Source: Vibrio vulnificus CMCP6 (GTDB lineage: Bacteria; Pseudomonadota; Gammaproteobacteria; Enterobacterales; Vibrionaceae). From it: a DNA stretch of 32,000 nt. The notes under the pieces are model-generated. The model was not told the origin of the DNA. It made no database searches and saw nothing but the letters and a program-made list of their open reading frames with translations. Both the position numbers and the translations under genes were made by a program. Of this stretch, positions 8,265 to 17,035 are shown piece by piece (within the stretch, counting starts at the first letter, position 1; each line of letters starts with the position of its first letter). Location: NCBI RefSeq assembly GCF_000039765.1, contig NC_004459.3, positions 2,031,127-2,063,126 of the forward strand, given 5' to 3'.

Positions 8265-8504
8265 ATGCTAGTTAACACACCGACAGTCCTCGGCAATGCG
8301 TTACGCGAAGCCCGAAAGGACAATGGCCTAAAGCAAACAGATCTTGGTCTGCGACAAGCAACAGTATCTAATTTTGAAAGCAACCCTGAAAAATCCACGA
8401 TAGAAACATTGTTCAAGCTCCTGTCTATCAATGGACTAGAAATGCATATTGTGCCGAAAGGCAAGCACATTACTGAAACTAAAGGGGCTGTTGACGAATG
8501 GTGA
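8265..8504 (+). CDS. hipB: HipB-like antitoxin / transcriptional repressor
   Basis: 79 aa; TDLGLRQATVSNFESNPEKSTIETLFKLLSINGLEMHI closely resembles E. coli HipB and ends in ...EW. It overlaps hipA. Confidence 0.85.
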   Translation: MLVNTPTVLGNALREARKDNGLKQTDLGLRQATVSNFESNPEKSTIETLFKLLSINGLEMHIVPKGKHITETKGAVDEW

Positions 8505-9826
8505 ATCGACTTCATGCTTACATGAATGGCGTAAAGGTTGGGGTACTTGAAAAGCGCACAAACGGCGCACATGTTTTCACTTACGATTCGGGTTGGGTTT
8601 TAGCACCAAATGGTCGTCCTATCTCGCTTTCTATGCCTCTCAGGAAGGATGCGTATACTGGCAGTGAGGTTATTAACTTCTTTGATAACTTACTGCCAGA
8701 TAATCAGCAGATACGAGATAGAATAGCTGCTCGCTATAAAGCAGATACTAAACAGCCATTCGACCTATTAGCTAAGGTTGGTCGAGATGCTGTAGGTGCT
8801 ATCACGCTAGTTCCAGAGGGCTTTGATGTAGATGATCATCGAACCATAACCGCAAAGGCGTTATCCGAAAAGGAATTGGTTAGAATCCTAAAGGGATATA
8901 TGGAGGACGCTCCTTTGGGGATGCTGAAAGAGGAAGATGATTTTAGGATCTCGATAGCGGGAGCGCAGGAAAAGACAGCCTTACTGTTTCACGATGGAAG
9001 ATGGATGCTACCACAGGGAATGACTCCAACTACGCATATTATCAAGCTGCCAATAGGTGAAATTGTTTCTCAGAACAATGTTATTGATTTGTCTGCTAGT
9101 GTAGATAATGAGTTGATTTGTATGAGGCTAGCAAAGGCGTTCGGCATTCAAACGGCAAACTGTGACATTATTCGTGCTGGTGATGTTCGTGCCTTGTCTG
9201 TTGAGCGATTTGACCGAAAATTATCTTCTGATAACAGCTATTACTTGCGCTTGCCCCATGAGGATTTTTGCCAGGCAAAAGGGATTCCCTCAGCTAGAAA
9301 ATATGAAATTGACGGTGGTATCGGCATAGAAGAATCTATTGATATTTTGCGATACTCATACGAAATCAACGATACCGTTACTTTTGCACGTTCTCAGATA
9401 TTGTTTTGGCTACTAGCTGCCATTGACGGGCATGGAAAGAATTTCTCTGTAAGTATAGCCGCATCTGGTCGATATCAGCTTGCACTACTGTATGACATTA
9501 TCTCGGCACATCCACTGACAGGTGGGCGTGGTTTGAGTGAGCGTAAGATCAAGATGGCAATGAGCTTACGTGGCACTAGTGGGCGAAAATGGAAGTGGCA
9601 CCAACTTCAACCGCGCCATTTCGAAGATACCTTTCACACTATGAACGTCCCGAACATAAGGCGAGAAAAGGTTCGCTTATTGCTTGATGAGTTTGAATCG
9701 ACGGCAAGGGCGGTGATTGATTCTGTCGGAAACTCGCTACCACCTGATATTAATGAAAGCGTAAGAGATAAGATATTTAACGGTGTCTTAAAGACAGTTA
9801 AGAAGATTCAATTGACAAAAAAATAA
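8498..9826 (+). CDS. hipA: HipA-like serine/threonine kinase toxin
   Basis: 442 aa; ISIAGAQEKTALLFHDGRW, TPTTHIIKLPIGEI, SVERFDRK, AAIDGHGKNFS, LLYDIISAHP are canonical HipA motifs. Confidence 0.92.
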   Translation: MVNRLHAYMNGVKVGVLEKRTNGAHVFTYDSGWVLAPNGRPISLSMPLRKDAYTGSEVINFFDNLLPDNQQIRDRIAARYKADTKQPFDLLAKVGRDAVGAITLVPEGFDVDDHRTITAKALSEKELVRILKGYMEDAPLGMLKEEDDFRISIAGAQEKTALLFHDGRWMLPQGMTPTTHIIKLPIGEIVSQNNVIDLSASVDNELICMRLAKAFGIQTANCDIIRAGDVRALSVERFDRKLSSDNSYYLRLPHEDFCQAKGIPSARKYEIDGGIGIEESIDILRYSYEINDTVTFARSQILFWLLAAIDGHGKNFSVSIAASGRYQLALLYDIISAHPLTGGRGLSERKIKMAMSLRGTSGRKWKWHQLQPRHFEDTFHTMNVPNIRREKVRLLLDEFESTARAVIDSVGNSLPPDINESVRDKIFNGVLKTVKKIQLTKK

Positions 9827-9849
9827 ATCAGTATTTAAAGAAAAGCCTC

Positions 9850-9887
9850 ACAGTCGTGCAAGTTATTGCACGACTGTTTTGATATTT
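9850..9887 (+). terminator. Rho-independent terminator downstream of hipA
   Basis: ACAGTCGTGCAA-GTTA-TTGCACGACTGT (12-bp stem) then TTTGATATTTTT. Confidence 0.85.
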
Positions 9888-10017
9888 TTGGGGATGGTCA
9901 AGCTACCGCTCGCTTTGTTAGTTGTCAGCCACGCCTGTAACTCGAAAGGGCAATGGCTTGGTTGTGATTGAGCTATCGAGTCTTTCTTGGCAGTTATCGT
10001 AGATAAAATTAGTTGTA

Positions 10018-11349
10018 TTAGGAGGTAAGGCTCTTTTTCTTCCAAGGAAGCTCTCTCTCAAAAAATACTAGCTTATAATCTTCAAGGCGTGAATTGAGCG
10101 CCTTTTCCCATAGTTCAAGTCCCAATCGTTTTTCATCAATGTACTCATACATATCATAGTGCCTACCAGATACATCATTGATAGCATGCCCCTGTATACG
10201 ATCACGGTACTCTTTGGGAATCTTGATTTCCCCTCCCAATGTTTTTACTGTTCTCCGAAAGTCCCTAGCGACAAAAGGCCTAATTTTTGTAACTTTTTTG
10301 TAAGTTAGCAGTGCTTGAGCAATAGTGTTGGTAGGCATATGTTCATTTGAATTTGTTTTCTTAAAGAAAACAAATGGGCTACCAATAGTAGCCGTTTGTT
10401 CTCTGATTTCTTCTAGTATTTGGATTGCAGAGTTAGTCAGAGGAAGCATGTGATTTTTCTTTGTTTTTTGGAAAGCTTCGCTGACAAGAACAGTTTTTTG
10501 ATCAAAATTTATGTGCGACCATTTGATCGTTACCACTTCGTGAGGTCGTTGCCCTCCCAAGTAAAAACAAAGCCTTAGCACTTGTCTGGTTTGGTATGCA
10601 AGGTTTAAATCATCAAATCTATGTTCCATGTCATAAAGTAATTGGGTTACTTCATTCCAAGATAGGAAGTGTGAACCAATTTTTTCAGGTTGTTTTGGTA
10701 TTTTCGATATCGGATTGTGGTCAAGAGCGAATTTGGTTTCTCTTTTTCTGAATTTAGGGTTATTTTCGTACCCTAAAGCGAAGTTGAATGCCGCATGCAG
10801 AATGGAGCGAATTTTATTACTCTTGTCCACAAATCCTTCTTCAATTGGGATTGCTAATATGTCCAAAAAATCTTCAGTTTCAAAATCTTTCGCCTTTCGA
10901 TGTATGTCGAGATGAGGGAACACATTTTTCACTATGAGCTGATATTCGTCTTCGTGACTACGATTTCCATTATCTTGTTTGTTCTGCTTATGGAACTCAA
11001 TAAGTTGCTCAAAGGTGCCTAATTGATCTTTTTCACGTTCTGCTGTTTTCTTCTCTTCAGACTGCCTTTCTAGCTCATTTTTTGGATCTAATCCTTTAGA
11101 GAGCATTTCACTGTACTCGTTAGCTAGATCACGTGCTTTAGATAAAGTTAGAGCAGGGAACTTACCCAAAGCGATGAAAACTTCTTTCTTCTCTTTATGG
11201 TATTTGAACTTGAAGATCTTAGAGCCAGCAGGAGTGACTTGGACAGTTAAGCGGCCTGTGCCTCGCTCACCTGTATTGTCTGGCTTGTAGTAAGCGGTTT
11301 TTTTGGCAGGAAGCGCTTTGATTTGATTTACAGTTAACATATGGATCAC
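10018..11349 (-). CDS. P4-type tyrosine integrase (DUF4102 arm-binding N-terminus)
   Basis: MLTVNQIKALPAKKTAYYKPDNTG...LTVQVTPAGSKIFKFKY...ALGKFPALTLSKARDLA; catalytic region GGQRPHEV...GHAINDVSGRHYDMYEYI. The ORF opens with GTG at 11349; the ATG at 11340 (MLTVNQ) is the likely start. Confidence 0.92.
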   Translation of the reverse strand: MIHMLTVNQIKALPAKKTAYYKPDNTGERGTGRLTVQVTPAGSKIFKFKYHKEKKEVFIALGKFPALTLSKARDLANEYSEMLSKGLDPKNELERQSEEKKTAEREKDQLGTFEQLIEFHKQNKQDNGNRSHEDEYQLIVKNVFPHLDIHRKAKDFETEDFLDILAIPIEEGFVDKSNKIRSILHAAFNFALGYENNPKFRKRETKFALDHNPISKIPKQPEKIGSHFLSWNEVTQLLYDMEHRFDDLNLAYQTRQVLRLCFYLGGQRPHEVVTIKWSHINFDQKTVLVSEAFQKTKKNHMLPLTNSAIQILEEIREQTATIGSPFVFFKKTNSNEHMPTNTIAQALLTYKKVTKIRPFVARDFRRTVKTLGGEIKIPKEYRDRIQGHAINDVSGRHYDMYEYIDEKRLGLELWEKALNSRLEDYKLVFFERELPWKKKSLTS

Positions 11350-11424
11350 CTTGGATGAACCGCTACTAGCTATATTTTGTAGTCGGCTACGTAGTCGGGT
11401 TACTGTTTAGTCCAGTGTAGCTAA

Positions 11425-11522
11425 ATGTAACTATAAGTGATACAGTTATTTCATTGCTCATCATCAAGTTGTTGATTTTACATGGTAATGTAACTTTAGG
11501 TAATTGAGTGTAATTATGTAAC
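11425..11522. promoter_or_regulatory. Candidate integrase arm-type sites (three ATGTAAC repeats)
   Basis: ATGTAAC at about 11425, 11488 and 11516, between the integrase start and the tRNA fragment; the middle copy forms TTACAT-GGTA-ATGTAA. Confidence 0.4.
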
Positions 11523-11529
11523 CATATCA

Positions 11530-11574
11530 CTTCTAAGGATGTGGTCGTAGGTTCGAATCCTACAGGGCGTGCCA
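11530..11574 (+). other. Island attachment site (attR): displaced 3' half of tRNA-Arg(UCU)
   Basis: CTTCTAA (anticodon loop) GGATG TGGTC GTAGG-TTCGAAT-CCTAC AGGGCGT G CCA. The upstream sequence has no 5' anticodon stem, D-arm or 5' acceptor. Confidence 0.8.
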
Positions 11575-11585
11575 TTTATTCTAAG

Positions 11586-11616
11586 GCCTCAGCATCTCAT
11601 GGTGCTGGGGCTTTTT
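11586..11616 (+). terminator. Native terminator of the disrupted tRNA transcription unit
   Basis: GCCTCAGCA-TCTCATGG-TGCTGGGGC followed by TTTTT. Confidence 0.75.
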
Positions 11617-12147
11617 CGTTTTGGTCATTTTTCCTTTCATATGGATTGTCCGGGCTTTGTCAGTAATGTCACGATGGTGTCAAAGCGGCCAGCTCATATT
11701 GACTTTACCGCGTCCAAAAAATAGCATGCCGCTCGTTTTTATAGCGCGATGGGCAGCACTCATCGTTTCCTTTTCATTTATTGAGGTACAACAGAAACCT
11801 ATGGACTCGTCGAGTAGTCGAATATCACAAAATGGTTTTTTCGAGCCTTCGAAAATGCCAACGGTTTTCTGCTAGCCTGCCAATCTACACTGTTAGCTTG
11901 TGCTGGGTAGTCGATACCTATTGGCATAAGCGAATACTACTTTTCCTCGTTAATACCATCTCTTTATTGATATATGCCTTCGGCCGTTTGCCGCAGGAAC
12001 GATACGCTTATTGATTTGCCTTAAGTGCTTTGTCGCATCGAGAGCAATAAGCGACGACATGTCATGCGTACAACTTTGCGTCCAATGAAAGGGCGGAGGT
12101 GGCTGCGTGGGTTTCTTTGTCCTGAGCGACACTCAGGAGAGATAACC

Positions 12148-12783
12148 ATGACTCTATTACAGACACAAAAAATCGATAACGCGAACGCACAAGGCGTTTG
12201 TGGCGGTCACGCTGTTCACATCGATACTCACACTAACTTAAAAGATGCGTCTATTTCGATGATGTATCGCAAGCGTGTTTTCTGGTTGGTGCTGCTGGTT
12301 TTCGGCAACGTTTTTTCAGGCGCTGGGATTGCTTATTTTGAGGAGATCATCCAAAGCCATGTGGCACTTGTGTTTTTCTTACCCTTGCTTATCGACAGTG
12401 GCGGTAATGCGGGTTCGCAATCGGCCACTTTAATGGTACGCGCGCTAGCAACAGGAGAAGTGATGGCGAAGGATTGGGCGAAAATGCTCAGTAAAGAGCT
12501 TTGCATCGCCGCTCTTCTTGGTATCACTATGGCTGGTGCGGTGTCACTGCTGGGCTTTGTGAGAGGGGGGTATCACATCGCGCTTGTGGTGGCGATCACC
12601 ATGCAGATTGTGGTGATTGTTGGATCTGTGGTGGGCATGTTGCTGCCGTTTCTGCTCAGCAAACTTCGATTTGATCCCGCCTCTGCAAGCGCGCCGTTGA
12701 TCACGACCATTGCCGATGCGATTGGGGTGATGATCTATTTCTCTGTGGCAAGCGTGTTATTGGATTTACCTACCGTGGGTTAA
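12148..12783 (+). CDS. Standalone MgtE-like transmembrane cation transporter domain
   Basis: ATG preceded by AGGAGA; LPLLIDSGGNAGSQSATLMVRALATGEV is the MgtE membrane-domain signature. No N-terminal MgtE_N/CBS domains are present. Confidence 0.8.
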   Translation: MTLLQTQKIDNANAQGVCGGHAVHIDTHTNLKDASISMMYRKRVFWLVLLVFGNVFSGAGIAYFEEIIQSHVALVFFLPLLIDSGGNAGSQSATLMVRALATGEVMAKDWAKMLSKELCIAALLGITMAGAVSLLGFVRGGYHIALVVAITMQIVVIVGSVVGMLLPFLLSKLRFDPASASAPLITTIADAIGVMIYFSVASVLLDLPTVG

Positions 12784-12920
12784 CGACCAAACGCCAGTGC
12801 AACGATTGAGTTTTTTCTGAATTTTCGACAAATTTTGCACGGTTAATAGGAATGTTGCATCAAGTTGAGTAGATTATTGGCTTAACTACTTTGGCTTGAT
12901 GTAACAACCTGGACGTACCT

Positions 12921-13973
12921 GTGATCATTCGAGTAATTGAGAAGTGGCTTAACCTGAGCCGCTGGCATGAAGATTTTAGGGAGAGCTCATTTGTTTTTAT
13001 TGCGCTCTCTTTTTTAACGGCGATATTTTCGTTTTTTCTCTACTACAACATTTTTATTGTCCCTTTTCCTCCGATGATTTTGCTCGATGGCCTAGGTGTG
13101 TTGGGCTGTTTGGTTGGCTTCTATTTTCTTAAAGATAATCGGCGTTCCCGTTTAGCGGGCATCATTGCGGTGGTTGTGATGATGGTGATCAGCTTGCTTT
13201 ATATCGCTGATACGGGAAATGAGGAATTTGCCCTTGCATTTACTTTAAGTATTCCAGTGATCTCCATTTTTGTTGTCGGTTATCGCTTGGGGGCGACGTT
13301 TAGCGTACTCAATTTTGCTATCATCGCTTGGATCTGTTTTAGCCAAATGCCGAACTGGACGGCAGTGCCTTTCGACAACATCAGTTTTATCCACTTAACG
13401 GTCATCTATTTTACTTTGTTTGCTATCGCTTATTTTTACGATTCCGGCCGCAGGCAAACCATGGCGTTGCTCAAAGAGTCCAATGCAAAACTGCAGCAGA
13501 TTTCAGTAACGGATGCACTCACTCAACTACCTAACCGTTTGTATATTGAAGAGTTTCTCATCAACTCAAACCAAGTGCATTGGATTGTGATTCTCGATAT
13601 CGATGATTTTAAGAAAATCAACGATCGCTATGGGCACGATGTTGGTGACAAGGTATTGCAGATTGTGGCGCAGAAAATTGAAAGCTGTGTTGGTGGCAAT
13701 GGCGTGGCTTGTCGCTGGGGAGGAGAGGAGTTTCTCATGGCTTTTTATCTGCAAGAGATTGACGTCATAGAGGGCAAGATTTTCCGTCTGCAGCAAGAGA
13801 TCGCGACGTTTGAGTTTGGTTTACGTAGCCCGATCACCTTCAGTTGTGGCGGGGCGCCGCATCAGCCTAAACATTATCGCAAAGCGTTTCGTCAAGCGGA
13901 TGAAGCACTCTATCGAGCCAAAAAAGCAGGGAAAAACAGCTTTGTTTACGATGTGATTGCCAGAGTTAGTTAG
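12921..13973 (+). CDS. Membrane-anchored diguanylate cyclase
   Basis: N-terminal multi-TM region followed by DALTQLPNRLYIEEF...ILDIDDFKKINDRYGHDVGDKVL...CRWGGEEF. Confidence 0.92.
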   Translation: MIIRVIEKWLNLSRWHEDFRESSFVFIALSFLTAIFSFFLYYNIFIVPFPPMILLDGLGVLGCLVGFYFLKDNRRSRLAGIIAVVVMMVISLLYIADTGNEEFALAFTLSIPVISIFVVGYRLGATFSVLNFAIIAWICFSQMPNWTAVPFDNISFIHLTVIYFTLFAIAYFYDSGRRQTMALLKESNAKLQQISVTDALTQLPNRLYIEEFLINSNQVHWIVILDIDDFKKINDRYGHDVGDKVLQIVAQKIESCVGGNGVACRWGGEEFLMAFYLQEIDVIEGKIFRLQQEIATFEFGLRSPITFSCGGAPHQPKHYRKAFRQADEALYRAKKAGKNSFVYDVIARVS

Positions 13974-14175
13974 TGTATTGCGCTAATTTTTAGCGAATGG
14001 CGTAGTGATTTATCTTGTTCTCCAATATTTTTGCTGAACAAATTTGGTTTTTTTGTTGTTTTTTTAGTCCGATTGTTTTATAAATAATTGCGATGCGTCT
14101 CATTTATAAAATATGAAATTGTTATGAATTGATTGCATAAGCTATTCTCCAGCTTTATTTGGCTAGAGTAACTTT

Positions 14176-14640
14176 ATGAAAACTAAAATCATTTTATGTT
14201 CAGCGGTACTAGCAGTACTTTCTGGTTGTGCGTCAGTACCTATGGTTGATTCTGAACTCTCCGATCAAGCGAAACAGTTTGAAGCGCCAACCGAAGGTAA
14301 AGCGGGTGTTTACGTTTATCGCCCAGAATCTGGCATTGGTGGTGCGCTGAAAAAAGATGTGCATATTGATGGTGAATGCATTGGTGAAACGGCACCGGGT
14401 GTTTTCTTCTACCACGAAGTGGATGGCGATAAAGAGCACATTGTCAGTACCGAATCTGAATTTTCTCCAAATGAAGTCACCTTGTTTACTGAGCAAGGAC
14501 GTCTCTATTTTGTTCAGCAATACATCAAAATGGGGGCATTTGTTGGCGGTGCGGATTTAGTGGTTGTCGATGAGTCAACGGGTAAATCTGACGTTTACAA
14601 AACAAAAATGGCGATCAAGGGCAACTGCTCAGCCAAGTAA
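14176..14640 (+). CDS. DUF2846-like lipoprotein
   Basis: Signal peptide with lipobox AVLSGC; GKAGVYVYRPES...VHIDGECIGETAPGVFFYHEV. Confidence 0.75.
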   Translation: MKTKIILCSAVLAVLSGCASVPMVDSELSDQAKQFEAPTEGKAGVYVYRPESGIGGALKKDVHIDGECIGETAPGVFFYHEVDGDKEHIVSTESEFSPNEVTLFTEQGRLYFVQQYIKMGAFVGGADLVVVDESTGKSDVYKTKMAIKGNCSAK

Positions 14641-14660
14641 TTCGACGCTCTCGTCTACAG

Positions 14661-14687
14661 ACCCAAGCTTTGTGCTTGGGTTTTTTC
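14661..14687 (+). terminator. Rho-independent terminator
   Basis: ACCCAAGC-TTTGT-GCTTGGGT then TTTTT. Confidence 0.85.
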
Positions 14688-14859
14688 TATCTACGATAAA
14701 GAGGCCATAGGTTCAGAGTTTATAGGCGAAGAGGTTATTTCTGTCGCATTCCGTCGCTTTTGTTTGTTATTCCTACTGTTTTTTATGTCTGGTTATTAAA
14801 TCTTTTGCATTTGTTGCCGATAACAAGGTTTTCTAAGTGTCTGTTATATGGGGTAAGTT

Positions 14860-16731
14860 ATGAAGTTTAGTCAAAAAGTCATACTGGCTTCTTCTGTGTT
14901 GTTGCTTATCAGTATCGTATTGCTGTCCGTTCAACAATCGCTATTGGTCAAAGACAAAGTCGAAAAATTGGTCGAAAGCAGCCTGATGGAGCTGGAGCAA
15001 GGGGTGCGAGATGCCGTCAGTGCGCAGATGGAAAGTAAACGCGCTTTGGCAAAATCTACGCAAGAAATCATTGAACTTGCGCCACTTGATCAAGGCTATG
15101 TGGCGGATGTGCTTGAAACCTCCGTCGTAAAACAAGGTTTTATCGCCGTGGGGCTTGGCTACGAGCGTGATGGTTTGGTGGTTGAAAATGACGATGCATG
15201 GGAAGTGGAATCCAGCTATGACCCAAGAACTCGCCCTTGGTATCAACAGGCAAAAGCACAAAATCGTTTGGTCGTCACAGAGCCCTATGTAGACTCAACC
15301 ACGAAACAAGTGGTGATTTCTATCGGTGCCCCTGTGCGATCTCAGGGGCAGTTCATCGGTAGTTTGTTTTACGATGTGGATTTAGGTGGCTTAGCAAAAT
15401 TGGTCAATCAAACCAATCTGTTTGATGCGGGTTACCTCTTCATTGTTACCCCAGACGGCACCACCATTGCGCACCCAGACGTCAACAAAAATGGTGAAAA
15501 TATCTCCAGCTACCTTCCTCAGGTTCGTATTCAAGAAGGAGAGCAACGCTTTGAAAAAGAAGGCGTGTCCTACCTCGTGCGTTTAACCAAGGTTGGCAGT
15601 GAAGGTTGGTTTGTTGGCGCTGTGCTCAATGAATCGACGGTTTATTCAGCGATCAGCGAAATGCGCAGCAGCTCCTTGATTTACGTGGTAATCGCAGTGG
15701 TACTGAGTGTGTTGGCTCTTTCTGTGTTAATGAAAGCGTTAATGCGTCCTTTAGGGGCGTTGAACGCCGCCATTCAGGATATTGCCAGTGGCAATGGCGA
15801 TTTAACTAAGCGCCTTGATACCAATACCGATCCAGAATTTGCGGAAATGGCGTGTGGTTTTAACCGCTTTACTGAAAATCTTCAGCAGCAGGTGATTCAA
15901 TCGAAAGCGATCAGTGCCGACATTCTCAATGGAACCGAAATGTCGGTGATGGGGGCTGAGCGTGCTTCTTCCGCCGTTGGTAGCCAGCTTCAAGAACTTG
16001 AACAACTGGCGACAGCCATGCATGAGATGTCGGTCACGGCGCTCGAAGTGGCAAACAATGCACAAAGCGCGGCACATGCCGTGAAAGAAGCAGATCAAGT
16101 GACGTCGGCCGGGTCGAAAGTGGTCAGTGATACAACCAATGCCATCAGCCAACTGTCACTGAGAATCGATCAAGCGGTAGAGGAAGTGCAGGGCTTAGAA
16201 AGCGCGACCACCAATATCGAAACCATCTTGAAAGTGATTAATGAAATTGCCGAACAAACGAACCTCTTGGCCTTAAACGCCGCGATTGAAGCCGCGCGTG
16301 CGGGTGAGTCGGGACGCGGTTTTGCGGTGGTGGCTGATGAAGTTCGCACTTTGGCATCACGCACGCAAGAATCCACTACGCAAATTCGCAGCATGATTGA
16401 ACAGTTGCAAGCAGGGGCGAGTTCAGTCTCTTCTGTGATGGGCGAGAGTAAAGCTACTACGGATGTGGCAGTGACGCACGCACAGCAAGCTGATCATGCC
16501 TTACAAGAAATCCGCGAGATCATGCAACGCATTACCGATATGAACCTGCAAATCGCGTCTGCCGCAGAAGAGCAAAGCCTTGTTGCGGAAGAGATCAACA
16601 GCAATACGGTGAGAATTAAAGATCTCTCAACCGAAGTGTCTCAGTTGGCGGCTCAATCGAACGACGCCATGGCGCAGCAAACGGTGTACGTGCGACAGCA
16701 AGATGCCCTGTTAAATAAGTTTATTGTTTGA
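14860..16731 (+). CDS. Methyl-accepting chemotaxis protein with periplasmic Cache sensor
   Basis: TM1, dCache-like region ([14 protein letters not shown]..., [12 protein letters not shown]), HAMP, and hairpin ...[37 protein letters not shown]. Confidence 0.92.
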   Translation: MKFSQKVILASSVLLLISIVLLSVQQSLLVKDKVEKLVESSLMELEQGVRDAVSAQMESKRALAKSTQEIIELAPLDQGYVADVLETSVVKQGFIAVGLGYERDGLVVENDDAWEVESSYDPRTRPWYQQAKAQNRLVVTEPYVDSTTKQVVISIGAPVRSQGQFIGSLFYDVDLGGLAKLVNQTNLFDAGYLFIVTPDGTTIAHPDVNKNGENISSYLPQVRIQEGEQRFEKEGVSYLVRLTKVGSEGWFVGAVLNESTVYSAISEMRSSSLIYVVIAVVLSVLALSVLMKALMRPLGALNAAIQDIASGNGDLTKRLDTNTDPEFAEMACGFNRFTENLQQQVIQSKAISADILNGTEMSVMGAERASSAVGSQLQELEQLATAMHEMSVTALEVANNAQSAAHAVKEADQVTSAGSKVVSDTTNAISQLSLRIDQAVEEVQGLESATTNIETILKVINEIAEQTNLLALNAAIEAARAGESGRGFAVVADEVRTLASRTQESTTQIRSMIEQLQAGASSVSSVMGESKATTDVAVTHAQQADHALQEIREIMQRITDMNLQIASAAEEQSLVAEEINSNTVRIKDLSTEVSQLAAQSNDAMAQQTVYVRQQDALLNKFIV

Positions 16732-16761
16732 TGTCATTCTGAATCACTCTTTTGAAGATAT

Positions 16762-16790
16762 GCCCAGCCCATAGCGGCTGGGCTTTTTTT
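16762..16790 (+). terminator. Rho-independent terminator
   Basis: GCCCAGCC-CATAGC-GGCTGGGC then poly-T. Confidence 0.85.
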
Positions 16791-17035
16791 GAAATCAAGT
16801 TTGGCTGAGTACGTTGGATAGCCAATGCCGGCCAAGTTCTTTCTCTTTAGCCATTTGCACATTTCGTCTTTGCGCTACGTCGCTTTTTCGCCTGATTAAA
16901 CCGCGAAACTTAGTTTACGTTTTTCGCGGCTATCATTCTTAGGTGAACAGGCGTATCGGGCTTATAATCTCGCCCTCATTGGGTGAGAGAGCCTCTCTGT
17001 ATCCAATGCTATCTGCCTGATACAAAGAGCGTTCT

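Noticed and set aside
8177-8572. 131-aa minus-strand ORF over hipB
   Set aside because: Antisense to hipB and its operator array, and hipB is clearly the real gene.
11387-11575. 62-aa minus-strand ORF MARPVGFEPTTTSLE...
   Set aside because: It is the antisense translation of the tRNA 3' half (a familiar spurious MARPVGFEPTT product) plus the att region.
11621-12014. Two short + ORFs between the tRNA terminator and the MgtE-like gene
   Set aside because: No recognisable domain or RBS. Could be a decayed gene, but not demonstrable from sequence alone.
15802-16394. Antisense ORFs within the chemoreceptor, and similar ones in cadB, cadA, zntA and the second chemoreceptor
   Set aside because: Shadow ORFs opposite strongly supported coding sequences.
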